A stretch of DNA of 20,000 nucleotides. Origin: Folioceros fuciformis (Eukaryota). Location of the stretch: NCBI GenBank assembly GCA_049999805.1, contig JBNGIO010006064.1, positions 56,359 to 76,358 on the forward strand, read 5' to 3'. Of the stretch, positions 19,744 to 20,000 are shown piece by piece (positions within the stretch are counted from its first letter, which is position 1; each line of letters starts with the position of its first letter). Both the position numbers and the translations under genes were made by a program. The notes under the pieces are model-generated. The model was not told the origin of the DNA and searched no databases. It saw only the letters and a program-made list of their open reading frames with translations.

Positions 19744-20000
19744 GAGTCGAGTCGGCCTTATCGAGTCGAGTCGAGTCGGCCTTATCGAGTCGAGTCGAGT
19801 CGGCCTTATCGAGTCGAGTCGAGTCGAGTCGGCCTTATCGAGTCGAGTCGAGTCGAGTCGGCCTTATCGAGTCGAGTCGAGTCGAGTCGGCCTTATCGAG
19901 TCGAGTCGAGTCGAGTCGGCCTTATCGAGTCGAGTCGAGTCGAGTCGGCCTTATCGAGTCGAGTCGAGTCGAGTCGGCCTTATCGAGTCGAGTCGAGTCG
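19744..20000. repeat. Compound minisatellite GGCCTTATC(GAGTC)3-4, at least 9 units, running off the right edge
   Basis: Units start at 19754 and 19778 (24 bp), then 19802, 19831, 19860, 19889, 19918, 19947 (29 bp, identical) and 19976 (truncated by the window). Two GAGTC pentamers precede the first unit. Confidence 0.97.

Noticed and set aside
19744..20000. CRISPR array or coding repeat
   Set aside because: No unique spacers, eukaryotic context, and the 29-bp unit is not a multiple of three.

Overview
Gene-dense eukaryotic (land-plant) nuclear DNA, not prokaryotic. Coding-region introns are short (about 80-210 nt) and exons are GC-rich, which suggests a compact-genome non-seed plant such as a hornwort (inference only). 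Seven protein-coding genes could be spliced by hand: DNA polymerase epsilon catalytic subunit (5' part, - strand), head-to-head with plastid CRR1/DapB-like (+); ALIX/BRO1 (+); 3-dehydroquinate synthase (+); red chlorophyll catabolite reductase (+, interrupted by a 100-N gap); a conserved uncharacterised plant protein (At4g25170-like, -); and an LRR-WD40 DWD protein (DHU1-like, +). The window ends in a CpG-rich compound tandem repeat. The most notable observations are a 293-bp bidirectional promoter with E2F sites, only 116 bp between the DHQS stop and the apparent RCCR start, a GC-AG intron and type-2-like stereospecificity residue in RCCR, a diverged tandem duplication that looks like two alternative non-coding first exons, and an in-frame uORF before DHU1. 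Gene identities come from recalled homologue sequences and motifs, not database searches. I see no clearly novel multi-gene system.
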